From: Blastocystis sp. Blastoise
Taxonomy: Eukaryota > Protista > Bigyra: Opalinata
Direction of reading: 5' to 3'
Length of the DNA stretch: 64,000 bases
NCBI GenBank assembly: GCA_039096225.1
Contig: JBBPEB010000004.1
Location: 868,001 to 932,000, forward strand
The position numbers were made by a program, and so were the translations under genes. Each line of letters opens with the position of its first letter. Within the stretch, counting starts at the first letter, position 1. This document shows, in pieces, positions 45,981-59,705 of this stretch. A model generated the notes under the pieces. It searched no databases. It saw only the letters and a program-made list of their open reading frames with translations, and was not told where the DNA came from.

Positions 45981-48023
45981 GATAGAAGAATACCGAAAGA
46001 TATAGAGAAGGAGATAAATATTAATAAAAAGGAAAATATGGATAGAGAGGAGATAGAATCAAACAGAGAAGGAGAAGTAGATAAAAGTCGATTGAGGGAA
46101 GAGAGAAGTAGATTAAAATAAAAACAAATAGCAAGAGTTAAAAGGAAGAAGGGAAGAATATAGAATGATTTGAAGAATGAGATGTATATAGAAGTGAATA
46201 GAAGGAAATAGAGAAGGAGAAGTAGATAGAAAAGATTAAAAATAGAAGGAGATAGAAAGATAAGAGAATGATATAGATACAATAGAATGAGATAGAGAAG
46301 ATAAAGTAGATAGAAATGGATAGAAATAAGAAAAATAAATAGGATAAGAGAGAAAGAGAGATAAAAGGATATAAAAGGATATAGAAGGAGAGAAAACGGA
46401 TTGAGATGTAGTAAGATGGAAGGATGTAGATGGAAATAGAGAAGTAGATAGAAGATGATGGAGAATAAAGAGGAGATAGAAGAGGAGATAGAAGGAGAAA
46501 AAGAAGAAGAGGAAGTAAATTAAGTTAGAAGGAGATATAATAAGATAGAGAAGTAGATATACGTAGATATAAGGAAATATACGAAGATATAAGTAGATAA
46601 GAGAAAATAGAAGGAAATAGAGAATGAGATTGAGACACATAAATGAGGTAGAATGAGATAGATAAGGATAGAGAAATATGAAGAGAAATATAGGAATACA
46701 GAGAGATAGAATGATGTTGAAAGAGAAAGAAAAGGAAAGACTGAAGATTGAGACAGAAGGAGTAGCTGAGATAAAAGGAAGATAGAGAAGGAAATTGAAA
46801 GATGAAGGAAGAAGGAGAGAAGATGAAAGAAGAAGAATATAGAAGAAGATAGAGAATGAGATAATAGGGATAGAAAGAGAAAAATAGGAAAAAAGATGGT
46901 TAGAAGAAAATAGAAAAGGAGAAAGAAGGAGAGATAGAAGGAGAAATAGAAGGATATAAAAGAGATTAAGAAAGAAGTTAGAGACAAGAAGATATAGATA
47001 TATAGAAAGAAATAAAAGGATTAAATAGAAGATTAATAGGAAATAAATAGGAGACATATAGAAGATTAAGATAGAAGAAAAGAGACAAAATAGAAGTAGA
47101 TATAACAATATAGAGAATGAAAGGATAGAAATAAAAATAGAAAATAGATAACTAGAACATAAGAATATATAATAATAGAGAGAAGGAGAGAGAGAAGAAA
47201 AAGTAGATATAAAGTGGAAAAGGAGACATAGAAGGAAATATAAAAGGAAACAAGAAGGTAGAAAGAGACATATAAGATAAAATAGACAGGGACAGAGAGA
47301 AATAAATGGAAAAAGAATAAGGATAAAGATGGATACGAGAATAGAGAGGGAGAGAAGGAAGATTGAGATAGAATTATACAGAAAGAGGAGAGAAGGAAGA
47401 TAAAGAAGGAAAATAGGGCAGTAAAAAAAAGGGAATCAGAAGGAGGAGAGAAGAAGTATGAGAAGAATAGAAAGAAGGAAGAGGAGGAAGGCAAATAATA
47501 GAAGAGAACTATATATATAATAAATAGTGATATAAATATAAATAAGAAGATGAAGATCTGAAAAAAGCAAAGAATTATATGGAGAAGAAGAAGAAGAAGA
47601 AGAGGAAGAGGAAGAAAAGGAGGGTATACACTAATACATGTCGAGGAAAAAGAAGTATAGAATAAGGAGAAGAGGATAACAGGATAAAAGAAAAAGACAT
47701 AACGAAATACAATGTAAATAGAATAGTGATTAAGAAAGAGTAATGAAAGAGTGATATAAAAGGGAAGCGAAGATAAGAGAGAGGTATAATTAAAAAAAAG
47801 AAAAATAAAGGAATTTAGATAGAAGAAAAAATAAAAGAAAAATGAAGATCTGAGGAAGATAATGAATCAAAGGGAGAGACAAGGATATAGGCTGGAGACA
47901 AGGCATAGGAAGAAGTAATAAAGAAAGAAGATGAAGAAATAAGGAGATAAAAGTGTAGAAGGAAGAAAATGAAGAAGAGAGAAGAAGGAATCATTTTGTG
48001 TAAGAAGAAGAAATAAAGAAGAA
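44200..48023. repeat. ~3.8-kb purine-rich (+)/pyrimidine-rich (-) low-complexity tract, with a GAAGATAAG/GAAGAATAR minisatellite (~44450-44980) and (GATA)n (~45900-45980)
   Basis: The + strand is almost all A/G with sparse T and very few C. The overlapping minus-strand F/L/S 'ORFs' in several frames are a compositional artefact. Confidence 0.9.
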
Positions 48024-48517
48024 CTAGATAATAAATAAATAAATAAATAAATAAATAAACATACCTAATAGAAAAAAATGAATTTGGTGATGTTGAGTCA
48101 TAGGGAAAGATAACCAACAGAAACAGTAGAAAACAACCTAAATAAATAAATAATAATAAATAAAAATATAAAAATAATGAAAATAAATAATAAAATGAAT
48201 TAGATTCTAATTTAAGAAAAAACAAAAAGAAAGCTAATAATAGATAGAATGAATATACGATAAGTACTCTATTATATAATACTTAAAAATATAACAAAGA
48301 AAAAAATTAGAGATAATTATAAAAATAAATAAATACATATATACTTTGAAAGTAGTTTGACATCATAGACGTTGTTGACATGGACTGAAGAGGACTCTTA
48401 TAACCATGGACGAGCAGGAACCTATACATGCTAGAGAATGGGAGAATGTTAATATTGATAAAGAATAAAAAATAGTAATATACATACAAGAGAATAATCT
48501 GAAGTTAAAATCAACTT
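48023..48517 (-). other. Putative 5' spliced exons of a CACTA-internal transcript (copy A; copy B ~56595-57089)
   Basis: AG/GT-bounded blocks at 48517-48488, 48421-48345 and 48137-48065, then an acceptor opening an exon at 48023 that runs into the pyrimidine tract. Confidence 0.55.
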
Positions 48518-50164
48518 CTATTTTTTAAAATAACAGCTAATAAAAATAAAATAAAAATAAAGAAAATAAGTAACAAATGAAAATATTTTCTAAGTTAATA
48601 GGCTCAATAGCGTATGGGTGTATTCAGGTCTTAAAAGAAAAATCATTTTTGCGGGAATATCAAGAAACTCAAAAAAAGTATTTTTTCCCTCCTTTTTTCA
48701 CTGTCACTTTTCTTTAATATTTTTGACTTTTTAGTATTAAAAACGATTCTTACAGGCATGTATAGAGACTCTATACCACTTTTGAGACTAAAAATCAAAT
48801 ATTTAAAAATGAGTGAAAATCTTGACTAGCAAGAAAAACAATTATGTGAAGCTGAGTATGTTGTGTATACACATATCTAACAACAGAGATGATAAAAACA
48901 CACAACTCCTCTTGGTTTAGGACATAATTATGAATTCTCTCAAAAAAGCTATTTTAAACCTTAAAACGATACCCTGAACTATAAATCAAGTCCTGAATGA
49001 TATTCTAAAGTCATATTTTTAAAAACAGGTTTAATGACGATAATCAATAAACAAAAACAAGAGCTTCCGTTTTACTTTTCTTTTTTGAATTTTTAATTGT
49101 TTTGACTTTCTAGGGTAGTTGGCTGAAAGAAATGTTGTCGTCTTTAGGCTAAAAAATGATGAATAAAAAAGTCAAGTCATTTTATTGTTTTTTCCTTGGG
49201 AAATAAAAAAGAAGAAATTTTTAGGTGTGTTTTGGTTTAGGCTGTATAATGGTTTTTATTGTAAAAGGACTTGACGAGAATGATTGAAATGATAATACAT
49301 CACTCAGAGAACACACAACTTTAAAAAATTTGTCACTCATGTAATCCATTCCTGAATTATAGACTTCAGAGAAAAAATTAAAGTCTTTTTGGTTTTAAAC
49401 AGTCATTTTAAATCATAAAACACTGTAAAATAGTCAATATTTAGAATGTCTATGATTATATAAATAAACAATATATTTTGTAGAGTTATTTTTAAGTTTT
49501 TCTCGTCAAAAAGAGAGAAACTTGACAAGTTGGCGGACACTCTTTTCTCGAGTTTAGGCCAACGTATTTTTGATTAAAAAATCCCAGTCATTTTGTTGTT
49601 TCTCTTACGGGAAATAGGGTCAAAAAAACACAAAATGTCCATAGTGTATGGACATTTTTTCAGGTTTCTGTCAAAAGGTCCAACGACTTTTTTGTTTTGG
49701 TTTCCCCAGTGGTGAGCAGTGAAAATTTTTAAATATGTAGCTGACAAAAGGTTATTTGATTTTTCTGTTTGGTTTCCCCAGTGGTGGAGCAGTGAAAAAA
49801 TTTTAAAGGGTAGCTGACAAAAGGTCCAACGACTTTTTTGCTTTGGTTTCCCCAGTGGTGAGCAGTGAAATTTTTTGTCAGAGTTTCAGTGATTTTATAA
49901 AATCGAAAAGCAGTGCAAAAGTATGACGCACCTTAAAACAATAATTGGCGAATAAAAATGGTTTTAAATATTCTCTATTTTTTCATTTATTGGTTTTTTT
50001 ATTCTTTTTGTGGTGTAATAATAAACGATATAACAAAACAAACAAATTAAATATTATCAAATAATCATAAAAACAAATAATAGAAAACAATAATAATAAA
50101 TATATAAAAAAAAGATAATAAAACATATAATAAATAATATAATAAAATATATATAATATTTAAT

Positions 50165-50835
50165 TTATAATATTTCAACCAGGACAGTTTCAGTCTTTAA
50201 TTTGCATTTAAGCCTAAGCAACCTATATAAAGAGATGATATTAATTAACTAGTACTATTAGTAATATATATAACATTTTAAAATAATAATAAAATAAAAA
50301 TATATACCTTTTATTGAAGCCATTACTAGAAAAAGCAAGGACCAAAGGCAAGGAACCATCCTATAAAAGATATATTAAATAGTATAAGTAATAAAAAGGA
50401 ATATAATTAATATATATACATACCTTTGATAAGCCATTCTCTCCAATTAACAACAACGACAGCAACGGAACCCCCGGAAACCTATATAAAGATAGAGTAA
50501 GTTATATAATATAATAATATATAATAAAGTAAATTAATATAGAATAATAAAATATAAATATATACATTACTGCTATATAAATATAAAGTGGGGTTAGTTA
50601 TATAATATGTAATAGATAATATAGATGATATATACCTTCTTTTAACATTGATTCCTTCCATTCTAGACCTAAAGAACCCATCTATAAGAGAGCCACGACC
50701 ACACAAAAGAAGGACCAGAACGTTTAAGGAGACCAGCAAGTGTCAAAACACCAAGCAGAGACAGCTACAATAGAAAATTGAATGAATAGAGTAGAAAAAA
50801 TAAAATATAAAGAAACAGCAAACACCTACCATCAT
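50165..50835 (-). other. Spliced cargo unit inside CACTA copy B
   Basis: Same exon structure as 41589-42259 (offset 8,576). Confidence 0.65.
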
Positions 50836-52675
50836 AATAGTATCATATATAATAAAATAAAAATAAAATTTAATAATATATCATATTAATCATATAAGAT
50901 ATAATAAAATAAATATGTGATAAGTCATGTAGCATTTTGTTTTGTTATAAAAGGGTGTAATAGGAATTTAGAAGATATAGCTGAAATAATGAAAATAAAC
51001 ATGAATAATCTCATATCTACTAAATATAGAGAATCTTCATCATAAGAAAAATGAATGGTTAAGAATAAAAGAGAAAGAAAAATTTTATTTCTATGAGGAA
51101 AATGGATATTGTTATTGTTATTTTCAATTTATCATAATTATCATAAGTAATACAAAAATTGTTTTATTTTAAAGAATTATATAGTTATTTATCATTATAT
51201 CATTTTATAATCAGTTTTGACTATGGAAGAGTGATTTTTATCCTTAATTGTCAAAATTATTTTTAGTATCACTCAGTAAGTATAAGTCTTTTAAAAAATA
51301 AATATAGGTTACAATACAGACTTATAGAGAAGACTCTGAAACTTCTATTTCCAGAATAAAAGTCATTTATATAATCCAGAATGATTGCCTGAATCATTAT
51401 TTAAAGAATCAGTTTTATCACATATCTTCAATAAAATTATAAAATAAAGAAAATGAAGATAAAAAGGTCTAGAGTCGAAAAATGTTATGAAATATTATCT
51501 TTTTAATGTATTTGTCCCGATTTTTTATTAATCTGTTATCATAATATGACAAAGAGAGTGGTAAAAACATTTTAAAAGTGAATTAAAGCAATAATTGGAA
51601 TCAAGTTAAAGTCTTCTAATACCTTTAAATAGACTTGAAATACATAGAGTAAGCATTTTTTCATGCAAATAGTGTTTTTCATTTAAATAATATCAAAAAC
51701 AAATCAAAATAGTATTTTATAATTACTCAGCAAGAACTTTTTCTAGTATTCAAGGACTTACTATTATCAAATATACGTATAAACAAACAAAAATCATATT
51801 TTATATATTTTTAGTTGAATAGTCGGAGTCGTGTTGATAGTTTATTATAAAACAAATGCAAAAATCACTTTTTTGTCAAAAAAAGTCTTATATCGATATA
51901 TAGTTTTATTCATAATTTATTTATTGTCTACAAACTCTGTGTATTCATTTTAAGTGATTTTTAGTAAAACTAAAATTATTTGAAATACATATTCTAATTT
52001 CGAAAATGACAAAAACATATTATATTACATATTTAGTGTTTAAATGAAGTTTAAAAGTTATTAAAATATCAATTAGTTAAAAAATATAAAATATTGAGAA
52101 TCTCCATTTTTATGACTTGTCTTAAATCACGTTAAAGGTGTATAATTGAATAGTTGCATTGATTATTTGTATGATTCTAGTAATATTTTCTAAGAATTTT
52201 GTTTTTTAACAAGAATAAATTCTTAATTTATTGTTTATCAACTTAAAAATGTATTTAAATGATTATTTTCTTGTGTAAAAGGGTATAGTGGTTATATGAA
52301 AAAAAAATTACGCAGAATCATTTGATAATATAATTTTGAAAAATGAGAATTATTATTTTGAACTAAACTAATTTTTCACATATACTCATTATAAAACGAC
52401 TTGAATAATCTTTTGAGAAGATTATTTTGTTTTATAATACACTTAAGAAGTAATTGAATGTTATTGTGTCTCTTTTTGTTAAAAAGATTATTTTGAATGC
52501 TATTTTTGATTGATCTATATATTATCAATGCATTCAATGATGAAATAAATACATATGTAAAGAAAAAATAGTAATTGATCTAATTTATCTTCATCTATTT
52601 GAATAGATAATTTTTGAAAAAATTAATATAATATAATTATTGATACCTATATATAAAGAATTAGTTATGTAATTG

Positions 52676-52744
52676 ACCTTAAGACAGGAATTGAACCTGT
52701 TTTCTATCATAAACTGATAGATACTTACCAATATAAGCTTAAGG
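52676..52744 (-). ncRNA. tRNA-like cloverleaf in CACTA copy B
   Basis: Identical to 44100-44168. Confidence 0.75.
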
Positions 52745-52775
52745 ATAATATAGAATAAAAATACATAAATGAAAG

Positions 52776-54486
52776 TAAAATAGTAGGAATAATGAGTCAG
52801 TATGATGTGTAAGGATATATTTATATATGTATAAGTGAAAAAGGATGCTAGAAGAAGGGAAAAGAAGTAAAAAAGAATAAAAGAGAAAGAAATATAAAGT
52901 AAATGAGATAGGGTCTTTAATTATTGAGATTAATAAAAAAAATGAAAAATAATTTATAATAAATGACAAAGATAGATATATAGAGATCTATAATAATAAG
53001 GAATGCAGAAGAGAAGAGGATTAGAGGATAAAGAATAAGAAGAAGATAAGGAAGATAAGGAAGAAGATAAGGAAGATAAGGAAGAATAAGAAGAAGATAA
53101 GGAAGAAGATAAGGAAGATAAGGAAGAATAAGAAGAAGATAAGGAAGAATAAGAAGAAGAAAAGAAGAATAGGAAGAAGATAAGGAAGATAAGGAAGAAG
53201 AAGAAAAGAAGAATAGGAAGAAGATAAGGAAGAAGAAGAAGAATAGGAAGAAGAATAAGAAGATAAGGAAGAATAAGAAGAATAAGAAGATAAGGAAGAT
53301 AAGGAAGAAGAAGAAGAAGATAAGGAAGAAGAAGAAAAGAAGAATAGGAAGAAGAAAAAGAAAAGAAGAATAGGAAGAAGATAAGGAAGAAGAAGAAGAA
53401 TAGGAAGAAGAATAAGAAGATAAGGAAGATAAGGAAGAATAAGAAGAAGATAAGGAAGAAGAAGAAAAGAAGAATAGGAAGAAGATAAGGAAGAAGAAGA
53501 AGAATAGGAAGAAGAATAAGAAGATAAGGAAGATAAGGAAGAATAAGAAGAAGGAAATGAATAATGACAACAAGAAGATGAAGAATAAATAGAATAATGA
53601 TAAGAAAGAATAAATAGATTAATAAGAGAACAAGAGGATGAATGTGAAGAAGAGACAAGGAAGGAGGTGAAAAAAAGAAAGAAAAGTAAGATAAAGAATA
53701 GGAAGAAGATATACAAGAAAATGAAGAAGAAGAGAAAGAAAAGAAAAGAAGAATAAACAAGAAACATATATAGAGAAACAGAAAGATATAAAGAAATAAA
53801 AGAGATAGATAGATAGATAGATAGATAGAGAGAAAAAAAATACAAAGATATAAATAGATAGATACACTAATAGATGAATAGAAAGAAAGAAGAAAAGAGA
53901 GACATAAAGAAGAAATTAGATAGAAAGAGATAGAATTCTATATAGAATGAGAGATATACAAAAGAAATCAAATGAAATAGAGAATAAGATAAAAATAGAT
54001 ACAAGAATAAAGATAAAAAGAGAAATAGAGGAGTAGGGAAGGTGTATAAAAAAGAAAGAATATAAAGATAGGTAGAGAGGAATTGAGAAGGATAGAGAAG
54101 GAGGAGGAAAACAGATAGAATTGGAAGACGAAGAAAAGAAGATGAGACGAAGAAGGGAGAAAAAAGGAGCAGGAAGTGAATATCAAGAAAGATAAATTTA
54201 TATAGAAAAAAATTAGAAAGAAAAATACATACAAAGAAAACGATAGGGAATGATAGAGAGAATTATAATTTGAATGACATAGAGAGAAGGAGAGACAAAG
54301 CAAGATAAAGAAGTATAATAGAAAAAACAAAGAAGAAAAAAAGAAGAATAAAAAAAGAAAAGATAGAACAATAGTATATGAGAGAAGAAAGAGACAGAAA
54401 GAAAACGGGAAATAGGGTAGAGACATAGAAGGTAATAAAATATATAGAAGGGGAGAGGGGATTGAGATAAATAAATAGATAGATAT

Positions 54487-54555
<69 letters not shown>

Positions 54556-56595
54556 GATAGAAGAATACCGAAAGATATAGAGAAGGAGATAAATATTAAT
54601 AAAAAGGAAAATATGGATAGAGAGGAGATAGAATCAAACAGAGAAGGAGAAGTAGATAAAAGTCGATTGAGGGAAGAGAGAAGTAGATTAAAATAAAAAC
54701 AAATAGCAAGAGTTAAAAGGAAGAAGGGAAGAATATAGAATGATTTGAAGAATGAGATGTATATAGAAGTGAATAGAAGGAAATAGAGAAGGAGAAGTAG
54801 ATAGAAAAGATTAAAAATAGAAGGAGATAGAAAGATAAGAGAATGATATAGATACAATAGAATGAGATAGAGAAGATAAAGTAGATAGAAATGGATAGAA
54901 ATAAGAAAAATAAATAGGATAAGAGAGAAAGAGAGATAAAAGGATATAAAAGGATATAGAAGGAGAGAAAACGGATTGAGATGTAGTAAGATGGAAGGAT
55001 GTAGATGGAAATAGAGAAGTAGATAGAAGATGATGGAGAATAAAGAGGAGATAGAAGAGGAGATAGAAGGAGAAAAAGAAGAAGAGGAAGTAAATTAAGT
55101 TAGAAGGAGATATAATAAGATAGAGAAGTAGATATACGTAGATATAAGGAAATATACGAAGATATAAGTAGATAAGAGAAAATAGAAGGAAATAGAGAAT
55201 GAGATTGAGACACATAAATGAGGTAGAATGAGATAGATAAGGATAGAGAAATATGAAGAGAAATATAGGAATACAGAGAGATAGAATGATGTTGAAAGAG
55301 AAAGAAAAGGAAAGACTGAAGATTGAGACAGAAGGAGTAGCTGAGATAAAAGGAAGATAGAGAAGGAAATTGAAAGATGAAGGAAGAAGGAGAGAAGATG
55401 AAAGAAGAAGAATATAGAAGAAGATAGAGAATGAGATAATAGGGATAGAAAGAGAAAAATAGGAAAAAAGATGGTTAGAAGAAAATAGAAAAGGAGAAAG
55501 AAGGAGAGATAGAAGGAGAAATAGAAGGATATAAAAGAGATTAAGAAAGAAGTTAGAGACAAGAAGATATAGATATATAGAAAGAAATAAAAGGATTAAA
55601 TAGAAGATTAATAGGAAATAAATAGGAGACATATAGAAGATTAAGATAGAAGAAAAGAGACAAAATAGAAGTAGATATAACAATATAGAGAATGAAAGGA
55701 TAGAAATAAAAATAGAAAATAGATAACTAGAACATAAGAATATATAATAATAGAGAGAAGGAGAGAGAGAAGAAAAAGTAGATATAAAGTGGAAAAGGAG
55801 ACATAGAAGGAAATATAAAAGGAAACAAGAAGGTAGAAAGAGACATATAAGATAAAATAGACAGGGACAGAGAGAAATAAATGGAAAAAGAATAAGGATA
55901 AAGATGGATACGAGAATAGAGAGGGAGAGAAGGAAGATTGAGATAGAATTATACAGAAAGAGGAGAGAAGGAAGATAAAGAAGGAAAATAGGGCAGTAAA
56001 AAAAAGGGAATCAGAAGGAGGAGAGAAGAAGTATGAGAAGAATAGAAAGAAGGAAGAGGAGGAAGGCAAATAATAGAAGAGAACTATATATATAATAAAT
56101 AGTGATATAAATATAAATAAGAAGATGAAGATCTGAAAAAAGCAAAGAATTATATGGAGAAGAAGAAGAAGAAGAGGAAGAGGAAGAAAAGGAGGGTATA
56201 CACTAATACATGTCGAGGAAAAAGAAGTATAGAATAAGGAGAAGAGGATAACAGGATAAAAGAAAAAGACATAACGAAATACAATGTAAATAGAATAGTG
56301 ATTAAGAAAGAGTAATGAAAGAGTGATATAAAAGGGAAGCGAAGATAAGAGAGAGGTATAATTAAAAAAAAGAAAAATAAAGGAATTTAGATAGAAGAAA
56401 AAATAAAAGAAAAATGAAGATCTGAGGAAGATAATGAATCAAAGGGAGAGACAAGGATATAGGCTGGAGACAAGGCATAGGAAGAAGTAATAAAGAAAGA
56501 AGATGAAGAAATAAGGAGATAAAAGTGTAGAAGGAAGAAAATGAAGAAGAGAGAAGAAGGAATCATTTTGTGTAAGAAGAAGAAATAAAGAAGAA
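52776..56595. repeat. Purine-rich low-complexity tract in CACTA copy B
   Basis: Near-identical to 44200-48023, with small repeat-length differences. Confidence 0.9.
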
Positions 56596-59420
56596 CTAGA
56601 TAATAAATAAATAAATAAATAAATAAATAAACATACCTAATAGAAAAAAATGAATTTGGTGATGTTGAGTCATAGGGAAAGATAACCAACAGAAACAGTA
56701 GAAAACAACCTAAATAAATAAATAATAATAAATAAAAATATAAAAATAATGAAAATAAATAATAAAATGAATTAGATTCTAATTTAAGAAAAAACAAAAA
56801 GAAAGCTAATAATAGATAGAATGAATATACGATAAGTACTCTATTATATAATACTTAAAAATATAACAAAGAAAAAAATTAGAGATAATTATAAAAATAA
56901 ATAAATACATATATACTTTGAAAGTAGTTTGACATCATAGACGTTGTTGACATGGACTGAAGAGGACTCTTATAACCATGGACGAGCAGGAACCTATACA
57001 TGCTAGAGAATGGGAGAATGTTAATATTGATAAAGAATAAAAAATAGTAATATACATACAAGAGAATAATCTGAAGTTAAAATCAACTTCTATTTTTTAA
57101 AATAACAGCTAATAAAAATAAAATAAAAATAAAGAAAATAAGTAACAAATGAAAATATTTTCTAAGTTAATAGGCTCAATAGCGTATGGGTGTATTCAGG
57201 TCTTAAAAGAAAAATCATTTTTGCGGGAATATCAAGAAACTCAAAAAAAGTATTTTTTCCCTCCTTTTTTCACTGTCACTTTTCTTTAATATTTTTGACT
57301 TTTTAGTATTAAAAACGATTCTTACAGGCATGTATAGAGACTCTATACCACTTTTGAGACTAAAAATCAAATATTTAAAAATGAGTGAAAAATCTTGACT
57401 AGCAAGAAAAACAATTATGTGAAGCTGAGTATGTTGTGTATACACATATCTAACAACAGAGATGATAAAAACACACAACTCCTCTTGGTTTAGGACATAA
57501 TTATGAATTCTCTCAAAAAAGCTATTTTAAACCTTAAAACGATACCCTGAACTATAAATCAAGTCCTGAATGATATTCTAAAGTCATATTTTTAAAAACA
57601 GGTTTAATGACGATAATCAATAAACAAAAACAAGAGCTTCCGTTTTACTTTTCTTTTTTGAATTTTTAATTGTTTTGACTTTCTAGGGTAGTTGGCTGAA
57701 AGAAATGTTGTCGTCTTTAGGCTAAAAAATGATGAATAAAAAAGTCAAGTCATTTTATTGTTTTTTCCTTGGGAAATAAAAAAGAAGAAATTTTTAGGTG
57801 TGTTTTGGTTTAGGCTGTATAATGGTTTTTATTGTAAAAGGACTTGACGAGAATGATTGAAATGATAATACATCACTCAGAGAACACACAACTTTAAAAA
57901 ATTTGTCACTCATGTAATCCATTCCTGAATTATAGACTTCAGAGAAAAAATTAAAGTCTTTTTGGTTTTAAACAGTCATTTTAAATCATAAAACACTGTA
58001 AAATAGTCAATATTTAGAATGTCTATGATTATATAAATAAACAATATATTTTGTAGAGTTATTTTTAAGTTTTTCTCGTCAAAAAGAGAGAAACTTGACA
58101 AGTTGGCGGACACTCTTTTCTCGAGTTTAGGCCAACGTATTTTTGATTAAAAAATCCCAGTCATTTTGTTGTTTCTCTTACGGGAAATAGGGTCAAAAAA
58201 ACACAAAATGTCCATAGTGGATTGAACTCTTTCTAAACACTTGGGTTATAGTGTTTATCTTTGTATAAAATAGATTGCTGTTTACTTCATATATTCAGTT
58301 TTCTCTCTGGAATTCTAGATTTAAAAAGATATCTTTTAATCATCTGATTAATACTGTCAATAAGTAAATATTACTGTATACAAATAGTTAAGATTTTCAT
58401 GATACTAGTGATTGTTCAAATATGATTGCTATTAGTTTTCAGAAAAAAAAACTGACAAAACCAAAGAAAAATATTAAATAAATGATACTACGAATTTTGC
58501 AATAAATAAAAACAATAGTATAGAAATAACTTTAAAAATGATATCGACACATATAGAATATTTTAACTAATACAAAAGAAAATATATGTACAACTGGTTA
58601 ATTAGTAAAAAAAAAGTAATTATATAACAAATAAAGAAAATGAAATGAGATATATCGCTATAATGGAATGAAAATGAAGAAATCATATAAAAGAGAAAGA
58701 ATAATATATAATGAAAAAATATATAATCTTTATATAGTATAGAAAAGTAAAAGAATCTAATTGAATGAAATCAAAAAGAAATCTAGACCATATAGATATA
58801 AAAATATAAATTATTAATATATATATATCTATAGGTGATATTCACAATTCAGAAATATATATATATATTAAAAATAAGGAACTATAGATTACAAAAATAT
58901 ATGAATTATTTAGTGTGTATAATAATACACATGAATCAGAAGAATAATATATATAGAACATAAGAGAAAGGGTACAAGAAGAGGTTTGAAATAAAAGAAA
59001 ATAGATATTTATTGAGCTTAAAAATTAGGAAAAAAAAATAAAAAGAAAAGCATCATATAAATAATAAAATGAAATTATATTTTTGGAAAAGAAATAGTGA
59101 TATATATACTATAAAAAGTGTTCATTAAAAAATATAAGCAAATATAATGAATTTAAATAAGAGATATAAACATATACATAGAAAGAAAGAAATTACTTAA
59201 AAAGTAACAAACAAGAATATATATATATATAAATGAATAATAGAAAATGGTACAATAAATAATGAAAAATAATAAAGAAACTACAGAAACATATTCTAAG
59301 AGATTCTATGTATGTATATATATACAATATATAATGAATAATGAATAGATAATATTTCCCTTTATATGAATATTCATATCATATTAAAAGCAACAATTGA
59401 TATATATATAATAGTATGCA

Positions 59421-59516
59421 TTAACAGTCATCAATTTGAAAGCAATCAGGCATATTTTCTTCATATATAGAGGAATGATGGCGATTATAATAATAGTCTT
59501 CAGAAGTCATATACTA

Positions 59517-59556
<40 letters not shown>

Positions 59557-59669
59557 TAAATAATAAAAATAGTAAAGAAGATTTAAGAATAATATCTTTA
59601 ATATATATATATACATCTCTTTCACATTCTGAAAGAAGCGAGCATAATGTTTCTGAAGCAGAAGCTTCT

Positions 59670-59705
<36 letters not shown>

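Larger units (their letters stand above)
41068..49646. mobile_element. CACTA (En/Spm-type) DNA transposon, copy A (inner, 8,579 bp), non-autonomous
   Basis: 15-bp TIRs CACTATGGACATTTT (41068) and AAAATGTCCATAGTG (ends 49646). 3-bp TSD TAT at 41065-41067 and 49647-49649. Subterminal repeats present. Confidence 0.92.
41062..58219. mobile_element. CACTA element copy B (outer): 41062-41067 plus 49650-58219, left TIR split by copy A
   Basis: CACTAT at 41062-41067 continues as GGACATTTT at 49650. The right TIR ends at 58219. 3-bp TSD GAT at 41059-41061 and 58220-58222. The body is nearly identical to copy A. Confidence 0.9.

Noticed and set aside
44163-48225. Many long minus-strand ORFs (F/L/S/I-rich, up to 304 aa), repeated at 52739-56797
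   Set aside because: They overlap in all three frames and arise because a T/C-rich strand rarely forms stop codons. No domain or codon signal.
41068-58219. Assembly-artefact or simple segmental-duplication explanation for the two 8.6-kb units
   Set aside because: Two distinct 3-bp TSDs, a split TIR and a few sequence differences between the copies indicate real nested transposition.
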